Shown here piece by piece: positions 41,548 through 51,087 of a stretch of 53,624 bases of DNA. The DNA lies in IMG/VR virus record IMGVR_UViG_3300017785_007857, positions 1 to 53,624 of that record. One strand, given 5' to 3'. A program made the position numbers and the translations under genes. Source of the stretch: a virus (Duplodnaviria > Caudoviricetes). How positions within the stretch are numbered: position 1 is the stretch's first letter; each line of letters opens with the position of its first letter. Below the pieces are notes generated by a model that was given only the letters and a program-made list of their open reading frames with translations, was not told where the DNA came from and did no database searches.

Positions 41548-43887
41548 ATGGATGCAGAAGTTCAACGTGCAGTAGAAGAGTTCCAACGAGCCACTCAAAA
41601 CTTTGCTCAAGTCATGAGCTCAATGAGTGGTAGTGTTCAACAGGCCGCAGCAGGATCCAACAGTCTTGCTTCGGCTTCATCTTCGGCTAGTTCCAGTGTT
41701 TCAAGACTTGGTGCCGACGCCAAATATGCTGGCAGCGAACTTGTATCTGCTGCCAGTGATGGATCAGCGGCCATGCAAGGGTACAATCGCACTCTTGCGC
41801 AAACAACTAAACTTCTTCAGAATTTTGTTGGTGGAATTCCTGTAGCTGGTGCGGCAATTGGAGCCATGAGCGGTGCATTGCAGACAGCAGTGGCACAGGG
41901 CGATCGTTATGCCAAAGTCTATGGCAATCTCAGTCAAAATGGTCTTCTCCTCAGCGACAGCATGGAGTCGGTGGCGGCAGCGGGCAAACAAGCCGGCTAT
42001 GCGATTGGGGCAAACCAAGAACAAGCTCAAAAGTTCAGTGACATCCTGCAACGTAGCAGTGGCGATTTGGCACTGTTCAGCAAAGGCACAGCTCGCGCTC
42101 GTGACACCTTTGTCAATGCAGCCAAGGGCATGGAAGGCAATCGTGAAGGACTGATGCGTCTTGGTATTGGATTCGACGAAGCTACCGAGGGCATTGGACA
42201 ATACATTAGATTGCAGGCAATGTCTGGCAATGTGCAGAATCAAACTGCTGAAAGTATTTCTAAAGGTACAGTAGGTTATTTGAGAAATCTCAATGAACTT
42301 TCTCAACTCACTGGACAGAGTCGTGCTGAAATTGCCAAATCTCAAGAAGAGGCTCTGCGCAATGCTAGATTCAATGCCAAGATAATTGAATTACAAAAAC
42401 AAGGACCCGAAGGCGAAGCAGCAGCCAAGCGGTTGATGAACACTTACACCCTGTTGTCTGCACAGAGCAAGGAAGCAGCAGACGGATTTGCTGACCTCAG
42501 CACTGGCATGGTATCCACTGAAAACGCAACAAAACTTCAGCTGAGCACCAATGGGCAAGCCTTGCAAGTCAGTCAAGACGTTATCAATGGGCAAAAGAGC
42601 TCAATTGAAGGTTTTCAAGTCATGGCTCGTGCTGCTGGTGAGAACGCTGACAAACAAAACAAACTCACACAGGCAATAGGCGACGTTCCTGGATTTGTAA
42701 AATTCAACGAGCAGGTCAAATTAGGTGCAGCTGGTGTCAAAGACAGTGTGGCATTAGAAAAAGAACTTGCAGCATTAAATGCTAAAACCGAAGCAGATGC
42801 TGGTAAAGGAATGAATCAACAAGTACAATTCCAACTGAAACAAAGAGATCTAAATTTAGAACTGCAAGATGCAATTAACAAAATTATTCCAACAGCACAG
42901 GCTGCTGCGTTGGCTTTGCAAAAAGTTGCGGTGGCCTTGGTTCCAGGCTTTACCAATGTCATTGTTGAAGGTATTAGAACTATTGAAAGATTCGCAAACC
43001 TGGGCGGAGCTAATCGCAACCCTGCTGCGGCACCTGGCACTACTCCAAGAAGCAATACACCACGCGATCGTCAACCACCTGCTGCGGCACCTGGCACTAC
43101 TCCAAGAAGCAATACACCACGCGATCGTCAACCACCTGCTGCTGCACCTGGCAATAATCAAAATAATGCTGCACCTAGCAATGGTCAAACACCTAGCACT
43201 GCACCGCCTGCAAATGGTCAGAACAACACTGCACCAGTAACTGGTACGGCACCTGCCACAGGAGGTCTAACAGCTCAACAGCGAGCTCAGCTAGAAGGGC
43301 TGTCTATAAAAAAAGGCGCACTGGCTGACGGTGCTCCACTCAGTCAAAAAGTCATTGATGCAGCTCGCGCCATTCAAGAAAATTTTTCTGGCGCCCAGTT
43401 CACTTCGTTCAACGATCCAGTCAAAGGCCGCAGTGCAAACAGTGCGCACAATACCGGCAATGCGGTTGACATTGTAGTGCCGGCTGCACAGGTTGAAAGT
43501 CTCCGAGAGTTACTTGATAGTCTTGGTGCAAAAAAAGTCATCAATGAAATGCGAGCTCCTGCCAACAAAAAAGCTGCCGGAGCCTGGGGTCCGCACATTC
43601 ATGCAGAGTTTGCCAATGGTGGCATTGCTCGAGGTCCGCGGTCAGGCTATCCTGCTTTGCTGCATGGAACCGAAGCAGTGGTACCTTTGCCTGACGGAAA
43701 AACCATACCAGTGCGCAATGATGGCAGCAAAGAAATGATAAATGCCATCAAAGATCTCAAAAGTTCAATGAACGCTGCTCCAAACATGAGTGATCAAAGT
43801 GTTGTTGCAGTGCTGCAGGATATTCTCCGAGCACAGCGAGACCAAGGTGACACCCTGGGTAAAATACTGCTCAACGCTCGAGCCTAA
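41548..43887 (+). CDS. Tape-measure-like protein with C-terminal peptidase M15-like domain
   Basis: Long A/Q/G-rich helical region; SAHNTGNAVD...PHIHAE (SxHxxGxAxD / HxH); ANGGI...HGTEAVVPL motif; adjacent to the frameshifted chaperone pair. Confidence 0.7.
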   Translation: MDAEVQRAVEEFQRATQNFAQVMSSMSGSVQQAAAGSNSLASASSSASSSVSRLGADAKYAGSELVSAASDGSAAMQGYNRTLAQTTKLLQNFVGGIPVAGAAIGAMSGALQTAVAQGDRYAKVYGNLSQNGLLLSDSMESVAAAGKQAGYAIGANQEQAQKFSDILQRSSGDLALFSKGTARARDTFVNAAKGMEGNREGLMRLGIGFDEATEGIGQYIRLQAMSGNVQNQTAESISKGTVGYLRNLNELSQLTGQSRAEIAKSQEEALRNARFNAKIIELQKQGPEGEAAAKRLMNTYTLLSAQSKEAADGFADLSTGMVSTENATKLQLSTNGQALQVSQDVINGQKSSIEGFQVMARAAGENADKQNKLTQAIGDVPGFVKFNEQVKLGAAGVKDSVALEKELAALNAKTEADAGKGMNQQVQFQLKQRDLNLELQDAINKIIPTAQAAALALQKVAVALVPGFTNVIVEGIRTIERFANLGGANRNPAAAPGTTPRSNTPRDRQPPAAAPGTTPRSNTPRDRQPPAAAPGNNQNNAAPSNGQTPSTAPPANGQNNTAPVTGTAPATGGLTAQQRAQLEGLSIKKGALADGAPLSQKVIDAARAIQENFSGAQFTSFNDPVKGRSANSAHNTGNAVDIVVPAAQVESLRELLDSLGAKKVINEMRAPANKKAAGAWGPHIHAEFANGGIARGPRSGYPALLHGTEAVVPLPDGKTIPVRNDGSKEMINAIKDLKSSMNAAPNMSDQSVVAVLQDILRAQRDQGDTLGKILLNARA
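43021..43153 (+). repeat. 57-bp perfect tandem duplication (2 copies plus a partial third)
   Basis: 43021-43077 is identical to 43078-43134; encodes PAAAPGTTPRSNTPRDRQP twice. Confidence 0.95.
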
Positions 43888-43890
43888 CGG

Positions 43891-43896
43891 TAAATA
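43891..43896 (+). promoter_or_regulatory. Late promoter core TAAATA (portal gene)
   Basis: TAAATA 7 nt before the ATG at 43904. Confidence 0.65.
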
Positions 43897-43903
43897 ATAC
43901 ACT

Positions 43904-45664
43904 ATGGCATGGAAAAAATATTTCAAAGTAGCCGATCTTTCAGGTCGCATGAGTCCGGTAAACGGAGCAAACAATCGCGGCACCAGCTATGGAACCGGAT
44001 TTGGTAGTCAAGGTGCCGAAGCTGATTTTACATTTAAAAACTATGCCAGCAGATTGCCAGAAGTGTATTCTGGGCATCCCAATCGTGTTGAACGTTACAA
44101 CCAGTATGAAAACATGGATGCTGACAGTGAAGTCAATGCTTGCCTGGATATCATTGCTGAGTTTTCAACACAGATCAACGAACAAAATGACACTCCATTT
44201 GAAGTGGTGTTTACTGACCGACCCACTGACAACGAAACTGATATCATCAAAAAACAACTCAAACAGTGGGTCAAACTCAACAAGCTAGATCAAAGGATTT
44301 TTAAACTTTTCCGCAACACTATCAAATACGGAGATCAAGTGTTTGTGCGTGATCCAGAAACATTTGAAATGTACTGGGTTGACATGACCAAAGTCAGTCG
44401 TGTGATTGTAAACGAAAGCGAAGGCAAACGTCCTGAGCAATATATCATTCGAGACATCAATCCCAATTTTGAAAGTCTAAGTGTAGCAGCAAAAACTGCA
44501 CAAGACTACATGAGTAACCCATCCACAGGCGGTGGCGGTGGTGGTACCAGCAATCAAAGTTACAGCATGCCCAACTCACCTGGAACTGGCGGCAGTCGTT
44601 GGTCCCGAGCCATGAACGAAGCCTGTATTGATGCCAAGCATGTGGTTCATATCAGTTTAAATGAAGGACTGGACTTTTTCTGGCCCTTTGGTTGCAGTAT
44701 CTTAGAGCAAATTTTCAAAGTGTTCAAGCAAAAAGAACTGCTGGAAGATTCTATCCTGATCTATCGTGTGCAACGTGCTCCGGAACGCAGAATCTTCAAG
44801 ATTGACGTGGGCAACATGCCCAGTCACTTGGCCATGGCATTTGTTGAACGTGTAAAAAATGAGATGCATCAAAAGCGTATTCCCACTATAAATGGTGGGG
44901 GTCAAAACATGATGGATTCGGCGTATAACCCATTGAGCATTGGTGAAGATTACTTTTTCCCACAGACAGCTGAAGGTCGTGGGTCGTCAGTGGACACCCT
45001 TCCAGGCGGACAAAATCTTGGTGAAATTGACGATTTAAAATACTTCAACAACAAAATGGCACGTGGCCTGCGTGTGCCCAGCAGCTACTTGCCCACAGGT
45101 CCTGACGATTCAGAACGTACAATGAGTGATGGCAAAGTGGGTACAGCACTGATACAAGAATATCGTTTCAATCAATACTGTGAACGCTTACAAAAGCTTG
45201 TAGTACAAAAACTAGATGATGAGTTTAAAATGTTTCTACTTTGGAGAGGATTCAACATAGATGCAGGTTTATTTGCGCTGAATTTTAACCCTCCGCAAAA
45301 TTTTGCCAGTTATCGCCAGGCCGAGCTGGATACATCACGCATCAATGCGTTTGTGGGTCTTGAACAAATACCTTATTTTTCCAAACGATTCTTGCTGAAG
45401 CGTTATCTTGGGCTTACCGAAGAAGAAATTGTTGAAAACGAAGAGCTCTGGGACGAAGAACGTGGTGAGCCTGAGCTGCAAGTATCTCAGGGACAGGATC
45501 TGCGCAGCATTGGAATCACCCCAGCTGGCATGGAATCTGACATTGAAACCGGCGAACAGCTGGCGCAACCTGGTGCCTTACCTGGAGCTCCGGGTGCTGC
45601 ACCTGGAACAATGCCCGCAGGCGGTGCTGCTGCACCAGTGAGCCCTGCTGCAGGCAATGTGTAA
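43904..45664 (+). CDS. Portal vertex protein, T4 gp20-like
   Basis: LLEDSILIYRVQRAPERRIFKIDVGNMP...EDYFFP...GRGSSVDTLPGGQNLGEIDDLKYF...LRVPSSYL. Confidence 0.97.
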   Translation: MAWKKYFKVADLSGRMSPVNGANNRGTSYGTGFGSQGAEADFTFKNYASRLPEVYSGHPNRVERYNQYENMDADSEVNACLDIIAEFSTQINEQNDTPFEVVFTDRPTDNETDIIKKQLKQWVKLNKLDQRIFKLFRNTIKYGDQVFVRDPETFEMYWVDMTKVSRVIVNESEGKRPEQYIIRDINPNFESLSVAAKTAQDYMSNPSTGGGGGGTSNQSYSMPNSPGTGGSRWSRAMNEACIDAKHVVHISLNEGLDFFWPFGCSILEQIFKVFKQKELLEDSILIYRVQRAPERRIFKIDVGNMPSHLAMAFVERVKNEMHQKRIPTINGGGQNMMDSAYNPLSIGEDYFFPQTAEGRGSSVDTLPGGQNLGEIDDLKYFNNKMARGLRVPSSYLPTGPDDSERTMSDGKVGTALIQEYRFNQYCERLQKLVVQKLDDEFKMFLLWRGFNIDAGLFALNFNPPQNFASYRQAELDTSRINAFVGLEQIPYFSKRFLLKRYLGLTEEEIVENEELWDEERGEPELQVSQGQDLRSIGITPAGMESDIETGEQLAQPGALPGAPGAAPGTMPAGGAAAPVSPAAGNV

Positions 45665-45675
45665 TAAATAACACT

Positions 45676-45894
45676 ATGATCCTCAAAGAACTATACCAGC
45701 GTAGCCCTGCACAATATCAAGACGTGAGTCAGGACAACTCACAACCTACTCTTAAAAATTTGCGCAAAACCCGCTTGACTTTGATGCAGATCAACAAAAT
45801 TCGTAGGATGAATGACTTGCGTCAGTATGAATTTGATGAAAAAATTAAAAAAGTTAAAAAGATGTACTCTCCACCACCTGCCCCACCAGTCTAA
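45676..45894 (+). CDS. Small basic head-module protein
   Basis: 72 aa; RKTRLTLMQINKIRRMND; TAAATA 5 nt upstream. Confidence 0.75.
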   Translation: MILKELYQRSPAQYQDVSQDNSQPTLKNLRKTRLTLMQINKIRRMNDLRQYEFDEKIKKVKKMYSPPPAPPV

Positions 45895-45967
45895 TAAATT
45901 TTTGCAATAATTTTGTAATTTTTTTGCAAAAAACCACCGATCTGCCGCACTATTCCGACCTTGTATG

Positions 45968-46027
45968 TAAATATATCTATACATTTACCCTACTGGGGTA
46001 AATGAAATTTTACCCCCAGACAAGGAG
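45968..46027 (+). promoter_or_regulatory. Late promoter and structured 5' leader of the core/protease/scaffold/capsid operon
   Basis: TAAATA 45968-45973; alternative hairpins 45982-46016; AAGGAG RBS 46022-46027. Confidence 0.55.
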
Positions 46028-46033
46028 CCTTTA

Positions 46034-46933
46034 ATGAGCAATCGTTTTGAAAAACTTATTGAGTACGTAATTAACGACGAAGAAGACAAAGCTCGCGAGC
46101 TTTTTCATGACATCGTAGTTGAAAAAAGCCGTCAGATCTATGAAGAAATGATGGACCAGGAAGAAATGTCCGAAGCCAAGGATGAGGACGAGGACGACAA
46201 AGAAGTCACCGAAGGCATGGATGATGATGACGAAGAAGTCACCGAAGGCATGGATGGTGACGATGACATGGGTCGCATGGATCAATATGACGAAGGCATG
46301 ATGGGCGGCGACGCTGTAGAAGGCCTAATTGACGACGTTGAAATGGAAGAAGAAGGTATGTCCATGGAAGCTATTGACAACGACATGGACGACGACATGG
46401 ACAGCGAAGAAGGTCTTGAAGATCGTGTGATCAAACTTGAAGACGAAGTTGATCGTTTGGTAGCTGAATTTGAAGACCTAATGGATGGTGACTTTGGCGA
46501 CGAAGACATGGATGTTGACGGTGGTGACGAACTAGAAATGGACGACACCGAAGAATTTGGCAACGACGAAGGTGAAGCAGAATTTGGCGGCGACATGGAT
46601 GACATGGATGACATGGACGGCAAAGGAATGATGGAAAATGTCAGCTTGAAAGCAGCACCCAAGCCAACTACTTCCGAAGAAGGCGGCATCAATAAGAAAG
46701 CTGTGTATGCAGCAAATAGTGGTGCTACCGGTATGCAAGGCAAGCCAGTTCACACTGGTACCAGCATGGGTGGCAAGCACGATACATCTGCCTACAGCAA
46801 CAGCCACAAAGATCTCATTGGTGACTTCCAGAACAAAGCTGGTAACAGCATGAAAGATCAAAAAGCTGCGCCTAGACCTGTGACATCACAAGCCACTGGC
46901 GTGAACACCAAGAGCCCACTTAAAGGTCGTTAA
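46034..46933 (+). CDS. Highly acidic prohead core/internal protein
   Basis: 299 aa, D/E/M-rich with a basic C-terminus; lies between the portal and protease genes. Confidence 0.7.
   Translation: MSNRFEKLIEYVINDEEDKARELFHDIVVEKSRQIYEEMMDQEEMSEAKDEDEDDKEVTEGMDDDDEEVTEGMDGDDDMGRMDQYDEGMMGGDAVEGLIDDVEMEEEGMSMEAIDNDMDDDMDSEEGLEDRVIKLEDEVDRLVAEFEDLMDGDFGDEDMDVDGGDELEMDDTEEFGNDEGEAEFGGDMDDMDDMDGKGMMENVSLKAAPKPTTSEEGGINKKAVYAANSGATGMQGKPVHTGTSMGGKHDTSAYSNSHKDLIGDFQNKAGNSMKDQKAAPRPVTSQATGVNTKSPLKGR
46201..46256 (+). repeat. Direct repeat with 33-nt period (EVTEGMD twice)
   Basis: AGAAGTCACCGAAGGCATGGATG at 46201-46223 and 46234-46256. Confidence 0.9.
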
Positions 46934-46935
46934 TT

Positions 46936-47577
46936 GTGAGCAGATACCTTAGAGAAACTTTGACCTACAATCAAGCAAAAGTTGAACTCGTCACCGAGGA
47001 TATTGGTGACGGGTCCGGCGGTAAAAATCTCTACATGAAAGGTATCTGCATTCAAGGCGACAAACGCAATGCCAACGAGCGTGTTTATCCGGTACGTGAA
47101 ATCACTCGAGCCGTTGACACCATTACTGAGCAAATCAAAAATGGTCTCAGCGTCTTGGGCGAAGTGGATCACCCAGATGATTTAAAAATCAATTTGGATC
47201 GTGTGAGTCACTGCATGGAAGGTATGTGGATGAACGGAGCTGATGGATATGGCAAATTAAGAATATTACCCACACCCATGGGACAACTGGTTAAAACTAT
47301 GTTGGACGCGGGTGTAAAACTAGGCGTTAGCAGTCGCGGAAGCGGCAATGTTAACGACGCAAACGGACATGTCAGTGACTTTGAAATTGTCACTGTTGAT
47401 GTAGTTGCCCAGCCCAGCGCACCAAATGCGTATCCCACAGCAATCTATGAAAGTCTTATGAACATGAAATATGGTCATAAAGTTTTTGAGATTGCCAAGG
47501 AAGTGGGACAGGACAACAAAGTACAGAGATACTTGAAGGAGGAAGTAAAACGCCTCATCAAGGAACTCAAGATTTAG
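46936..47577 (+). CDS. Prohead protease, T4 gp21-like
   Basis: NANERVYP, LGEVDHP, INLDRVSH, LGVSSRGSG, DVVAQPSAPNA; GTG start. Confidence 0.97.
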   Translation: MSRYLRETLTYNQAKVELVTEDIGDGSGGKNLYMKGICIQGDKRNANERVYPVREITRAVDTITEQIKNGLSVLGEVDHPDDLKINLDRVSHCMEGMWMNGADGYGKLRILPTPMGQLVKTMLDAGVKLGVSSRGSGNVNDANGHVSDFEIVTVDVVAQPSAPNAYPTAIYESLMNMKYGHKVFEIAKEVGQDNKVQRYLKEEVKRLIKELKI

Positions 47578-47589
47578 GAGAATCTACGA

Positions 47590-48678
47590 ATGTTAGATGC
47601 CATCAAACCATTACTAGATAGCGGCCTGATCAATGAAGATGTTAGCCAAGAACTCAACGAAGCTTGGGAAACAAAGCTAACAGAAGCCAAAGAACAAGTA
47701 CGTGCAGAACTCCGTGAGGAATTTGCACAACGCTATGAGCATGATAAAACAGTTATGGTGGAAGCCCTAGATCGCATGGTAACCGAAGGTCTACAAGCAG
47801 AGTTAGAAGCAGTGATTGCTGAAAAGCAGTCATTGTCCGAAGACAGAGTCAAGTTCCAAGGCAAGATGAAAGAGTCAGCCACAAAGTTCAACAACTTTAT
47901 GGTGACAAAACTTGCTGAAGAAATTGGTGAACTGCGTCGAGATCGCAAGACTCACAACGAAAGTCTAGAAAAATTAGAATCGTTTGTTGTACGAGCTCTT
48001 GCACAGGAAATCACAGAGTTTGCACAAGACAAGAAGAAAGTTGTGGAAACACAAGTTCGCTTGGTACGTGACGCTCGTGTGAAGCTTGAGTCATTGAAGC
48101 AGCGATTTGTAAAAGAATCTGCTGAAAAAATGACAAAAGCAGTTGCCAAGCATCTCAAGGCTGAACTCGGTCAACTTCACGAAGATATCAAATTCGCTCG
48201 TGAAAACAATTTTGGTCGCCGTATCTTTGAAGCGTATGCTGCAGAGTTCGGAGCAACACATCTCAATGAGAAATCTGAGGTACGCAAATTACACAGTATT
48301 ATCGCTGAGAAGGACCAGAAGTTGTCCGAAGCCATTAATCTCGCAACCCGCGCTAAAGTGGTTGTAGAGACCAAAGAAAAAGAAATTCGCATGATCAAGG
48401 AATCCAATGTGCGTCAAAACACAATGGAGGAATTACTCGCACCTCTGAATGACGAGAAGCGTGAAGTTATGCGTAATCTTCTTGAAAGCGTTCAGACACA
48501 ACGTCTGAAAAACGCTTTTGAAAAGTATCTACCAGCAGTGCTTGAGAACCGTTCTGAGAAAGCCAAAAAAGTGATCACAGAAAACGTAACCAGCGCAGTC
48601 ACTGGTGATAAATCTGCCCCGACGATAGCTGACAACAGTAACAATGTTATTGATATCAAGCGTCTGGCAGGGCTCTAA
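47590..48678 (+). CDS. Prohead core scaffold protein, gp22-like
   Basis: 362-aa E/K-rich coiled coil between the protease and capsid genes. Confidence 0.85.
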   Translation: MLDAIKPLLDSGLINEDVSQELNEAWETKLTEAKEQVRAELREEFAQRYEHDKTVMVEALDRMVTEGLQAELEAVIAEKQSLSEDRVKFQGKMKESATKFNNFMVTKLAEEIGELRRDRKTHNESLEKLESFVVRALAQEITEFAQDKKKVVETQVRLVRDARVKLESLKQRFVKESAEKMTKAVAKHLKAELGQLHEDIKFARENNFGRRIFEAYAAEFGATHLNEKSEVRKLHSIIAEKDQKLSEAINLATRAKVVVETKEKEIRMIKESNVRQNTMEELLAPLNDEKREVMRNLLESVQTQRLKNAFEKYLPAVLENRSEKAKKVITENVTSAVTGDKSAPTIADNSNNVIDIKRLAGL

Positions 48679-48697
48679 GAAATATAAGGAGACTTAA

Positions 48698-49894
48698 ATG
48701 TCACAAGAGTTAATTGAAAGCCGCTGGGACGATACCAAAGAAGCCTTGATGGAAGGCCTTAAAGGTAGTCGTCGTAGCACAATGGGTGTTATCCTCGAAA
48801 ACACTCGCAAGTATTTGAAAGAGAATGCATCTGCTGGTTCCACAGCGTCTGGTAACATTGCAACACTTAATCGTGTTATTCTGCCTGTTATCCGTCGTGT
48901 GATGCCAACAGTTATTGCAAATGAGTTAGTTGGTGTTCAGCCAATGACTGGCCCAGTTGGTCAGATTCATACTCTGCGTGTTCGTTATGCACAAAACTTA
49001 ACTGACAGTTCAGCAGCAGCGACTAGTGTTGTAGCTGGCCAAGAAGCATTGAGCCCGTTTACAATTGCAACTGCTTACTCTACTGTTCCACAGGCAACTG
49101 CCAGCTCTAGCGCATACACTGGTGCAGCAACTCCTACACTTGAAGGCAACGGCGGTAAGCAAATTTCCGTACAGATCCTCAAGCAAGCAGTTGAAGCCAA
49201 GACACGTAAGTTGCAAGCACGTTGGACATTTGAAGCCGCACAAGATGCACAAGCAATGCACGGTATTGACGTTGAAGCAGAAATCATGGCCGCCTTGGCT
49301 CAAGAGATCACAGCTGAAATTGATCAAGAAATCCTGTTGAGCTTGCGTACTTTGGCTGCTACTGAATTTACATACAACCAAGCTACTGTATCAGGTACAG
49401 CTACATTTGTTGGTGACGAACACGCCGCTTTGGCAGTTCTGATCAACCGTGTTGCTAACTTGATCGCTCAGCGTACACGTCGTGGCGCTGGTAACTGGGC
49501 TGTTGTTTCTTCAGCATCATTGACTGTGCTCCAATCAGCAACAACTTCAGCTTTTGCTCGTACCACCGAAGGCACTTTTGAAGCACCTACAAACACCAAG
49601 TTTGTTGGTACATTGAATGGTGCAATGCGTGTGTTTGTTGATAGCTATGCTAGTGACAGCACTTCAGTTTTGGTTGGTTACAAAGGTAGTTCTGAGGCAG
49701 ATGCAGCAGCGTTCTACTGCCCATACATTCCTTTAATGAGTTCTGGTGTTGTGCTGGATCCATCAACATTCGAACCAGTCGTGTCATTTATGACACGTTA
49801 TGGTTACATCGAGCTTACTAACACAGCAAGCAGCTTCGGTAACGCAGCTGACTATTTGGGTGAGATCGCTGTTTCGAACCTGTCGTTCTCCTAA
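48698..49894 (+). CDS. Major capsid protein, T4 gp23-like
   Basis: RRVMPTVIANELVGVQPMTGPVGQI, VEAKTRKLQARWTFEAAQD, EITAEIDQEI, FYCPYIPL, FMTRYG. Confidence 0.98.
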   Translation: MSQELIESRWDDTKEALMEGLKGSRRSTMGVILENTRKYLKENASAGSTASGNIATLNRVILPVIRRVMPTVIANELVGVQPMTGPVGQIHTLRVRYAQNLTDSSAAATSVVAGQEALSPFTIATAYSTVPQATASSSAYTGAATPTLEGNGGKQISVQILKQAVEAKTRKLQARWTFEAAQDAQAMHGIDVEAEIMAALAQEITAEIDQEILLSLRTLAATEFTYNQATVSGTATFVGDEHAALAVLINRVANLIAQRTRRGAGNWAVVSSASLTVLQSATTSAFARTTEGTFEAPTNTKFVGTLNGAMRVFVDSYASDSTSVLVGYKGSSEADAAAFYCPYIPLMSSGVVLDPSTFEPVVSFMTRYGYIELTNTASSFGNAADYLGEIAVSNLSFS

Positions 49895-49913
49895 TCTGAG
49901 AACCACACCAAGC

Positions 49914-49939
49914 AAAAAGCCCGCTTTGGCGGGCTTTTT
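49914..49939. terminator. Bidirectional intrinsic terminator
   Basis: AAAAAGCCCGC-tttg-GCGGGCTTTTT between convergent genes. Confidence 0.92.
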
Positions 49940-51087
49940 CATATCTTAAACATTGTTAGATATTTTTCCATGCCACCGAATACTGTGTTCCAGTCACCAA
50001 AGTCTGATTGTCTGAACAATCTAGCACTGGGATACCACGGTGTTCGATTTATTCCTAGCCCCCATCGCCAATCCACTGCAAACTTGGTAAGTGGAATCCA
50101 AGTTGGCCTGCCCATGGCACCGGCTAGATGTGCAATGCTGGTATCAATGCTGATAACAAGATCCAGATGATGTATTAGTCCTGCTGTGTCAGCCCAGGTG
50201 TTTATGGTACCTGGAAAAGTTTTGATAGTTGAATTTTTTATTTTTTCATCTTCGTGATCATAGACCTCGGCCTGTAAACTTATCCAGTCGTGTTGTGGAA
50301 ATTTATTGGCTAGGTCAACAAAATATTCCACTGGCACTCCTTTGTATTTGTTGACCCAGTTGTCTTTGCGCCCACTCCAACAAATACCAATACGCATGTT
50401 GTTTTTAACTCCTAATCTTGCGCTCCATTGAGAAATGTATTCAGGTTGGCTTTCCACATAACTTAGCTCGTGCCTAAGGGTATCAAGTGTAACCCCTAGA
50501 ACCTTTGGCAAGCTCATCATTGGAATCCAATAATCAAAGTCTCCAAGAGTATTGGTGTCGTCGGTGCATTGCTTGATCAAATGGCTGGGTTGAAAAAGTG
50601 GAACTAGGCCTGACATGCAAACAAATAATATTTCAGCTCCTTTGACATGCAAGTCGTATAAAAATCTACTGAATTGTATGGTGTCTCCCAGCCCTTGTTC
50701 GGCCCAGACAAGTATTGTTTTACCTTTTAAATCCTCACCTTGCCATTCTGGCCTAGATGTCTGGGGCTTGGTGCCGGCTAGATGTTCGTATTGCCAACGC
50801 CATTCGTATTGTTTCCAACCATAGTCGTAATCTCCTGCCAGCAGCGCAGCAATACTTAGATTAAACTGGGCAGTGACAAAGTCTGGTTTGACAACACAGG
50901 CATGTTCAAGAAAAGGTTTGGCTCGTTTGGGTTCTCCAATTTCTCTAAGAACATTGCCATAGTTGTTCCATGCGTCAATGTTGAGAGGGTCGTTGACAAA
51001 GGCTTGAGCATAGTATTTCAATGCATCGTTGTATTGATCTTTGCTGCGGCAATCGTTACCAAGGTTTACAAGTTGATCTGAATTCAT
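49939..51087 (-). CDS. TPR-repeat protein fused to a GT9-like glycosyltransferase domain
   Basis: N-terminal TPRs (AWNNYGNVLREIG); EQGLGDTIQFSRF, IGICWSG, DLVISIDTSIAHLAGAMGRPTW, DWRW, WYPSARLFRQ. Confidence 0.85.
   Translation of the reverse strand: MNSDQLVNLGNDCRSKDQYNDALKYYAQAFVNDPLNIDAWNNYGNVLREIGEPKRAKPFLEHACVVKPDFVTAQFNLSIAALLAGDYDYGWKQYEWRWQYEHLAGTKPQTSRPEWQGEDLKGKTILVWAEQGLGDTIQFSRFLYDLHVKGAEILFVCMSGLVPLFQPSHLIKQCTDDTNTLGDFDYWIPMMSLPKVLGVTLDTLRHELSYVESQPEYISQWSARLGVKNNMRIGICWSGRKDNWVNKYKGVPVEYFVDLANKFPQHDWISLQAEVYDHEDEKIKNSTIKTFPGTINTWADTAGLIHHLDLVISIDTSIAHLAGAMGRPTWIPLTKFAVDWRWGLGINRTPWYPSARLFRQSDFGDWNTVFGGMEKYLTMFKI

Noticed and set aside
43021-43153. CRISPR-like or guide-RNA array
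   Set aside because: In-frame coding tandem duplication with no spacers. No repeat-spacer array was seen anywhere in the window.
41764-49381. Antisense ORFs over the tape-measure and head genes (e.g. 41764-42345, 46282-46743)
   Set aside because: They mirror the biased codon usage of the real genes (Ser-rich antisense of Asp/Glu runs).
33555-49894. Inteins, introns or homing endonucleases in gp46, gp47, portal or capsid genes
   Set aside because: Protein lengths and motif spacing are normal; no intein C/S...HN ends and no LAGLIDADG, HNH or GIY-YIG motifs.
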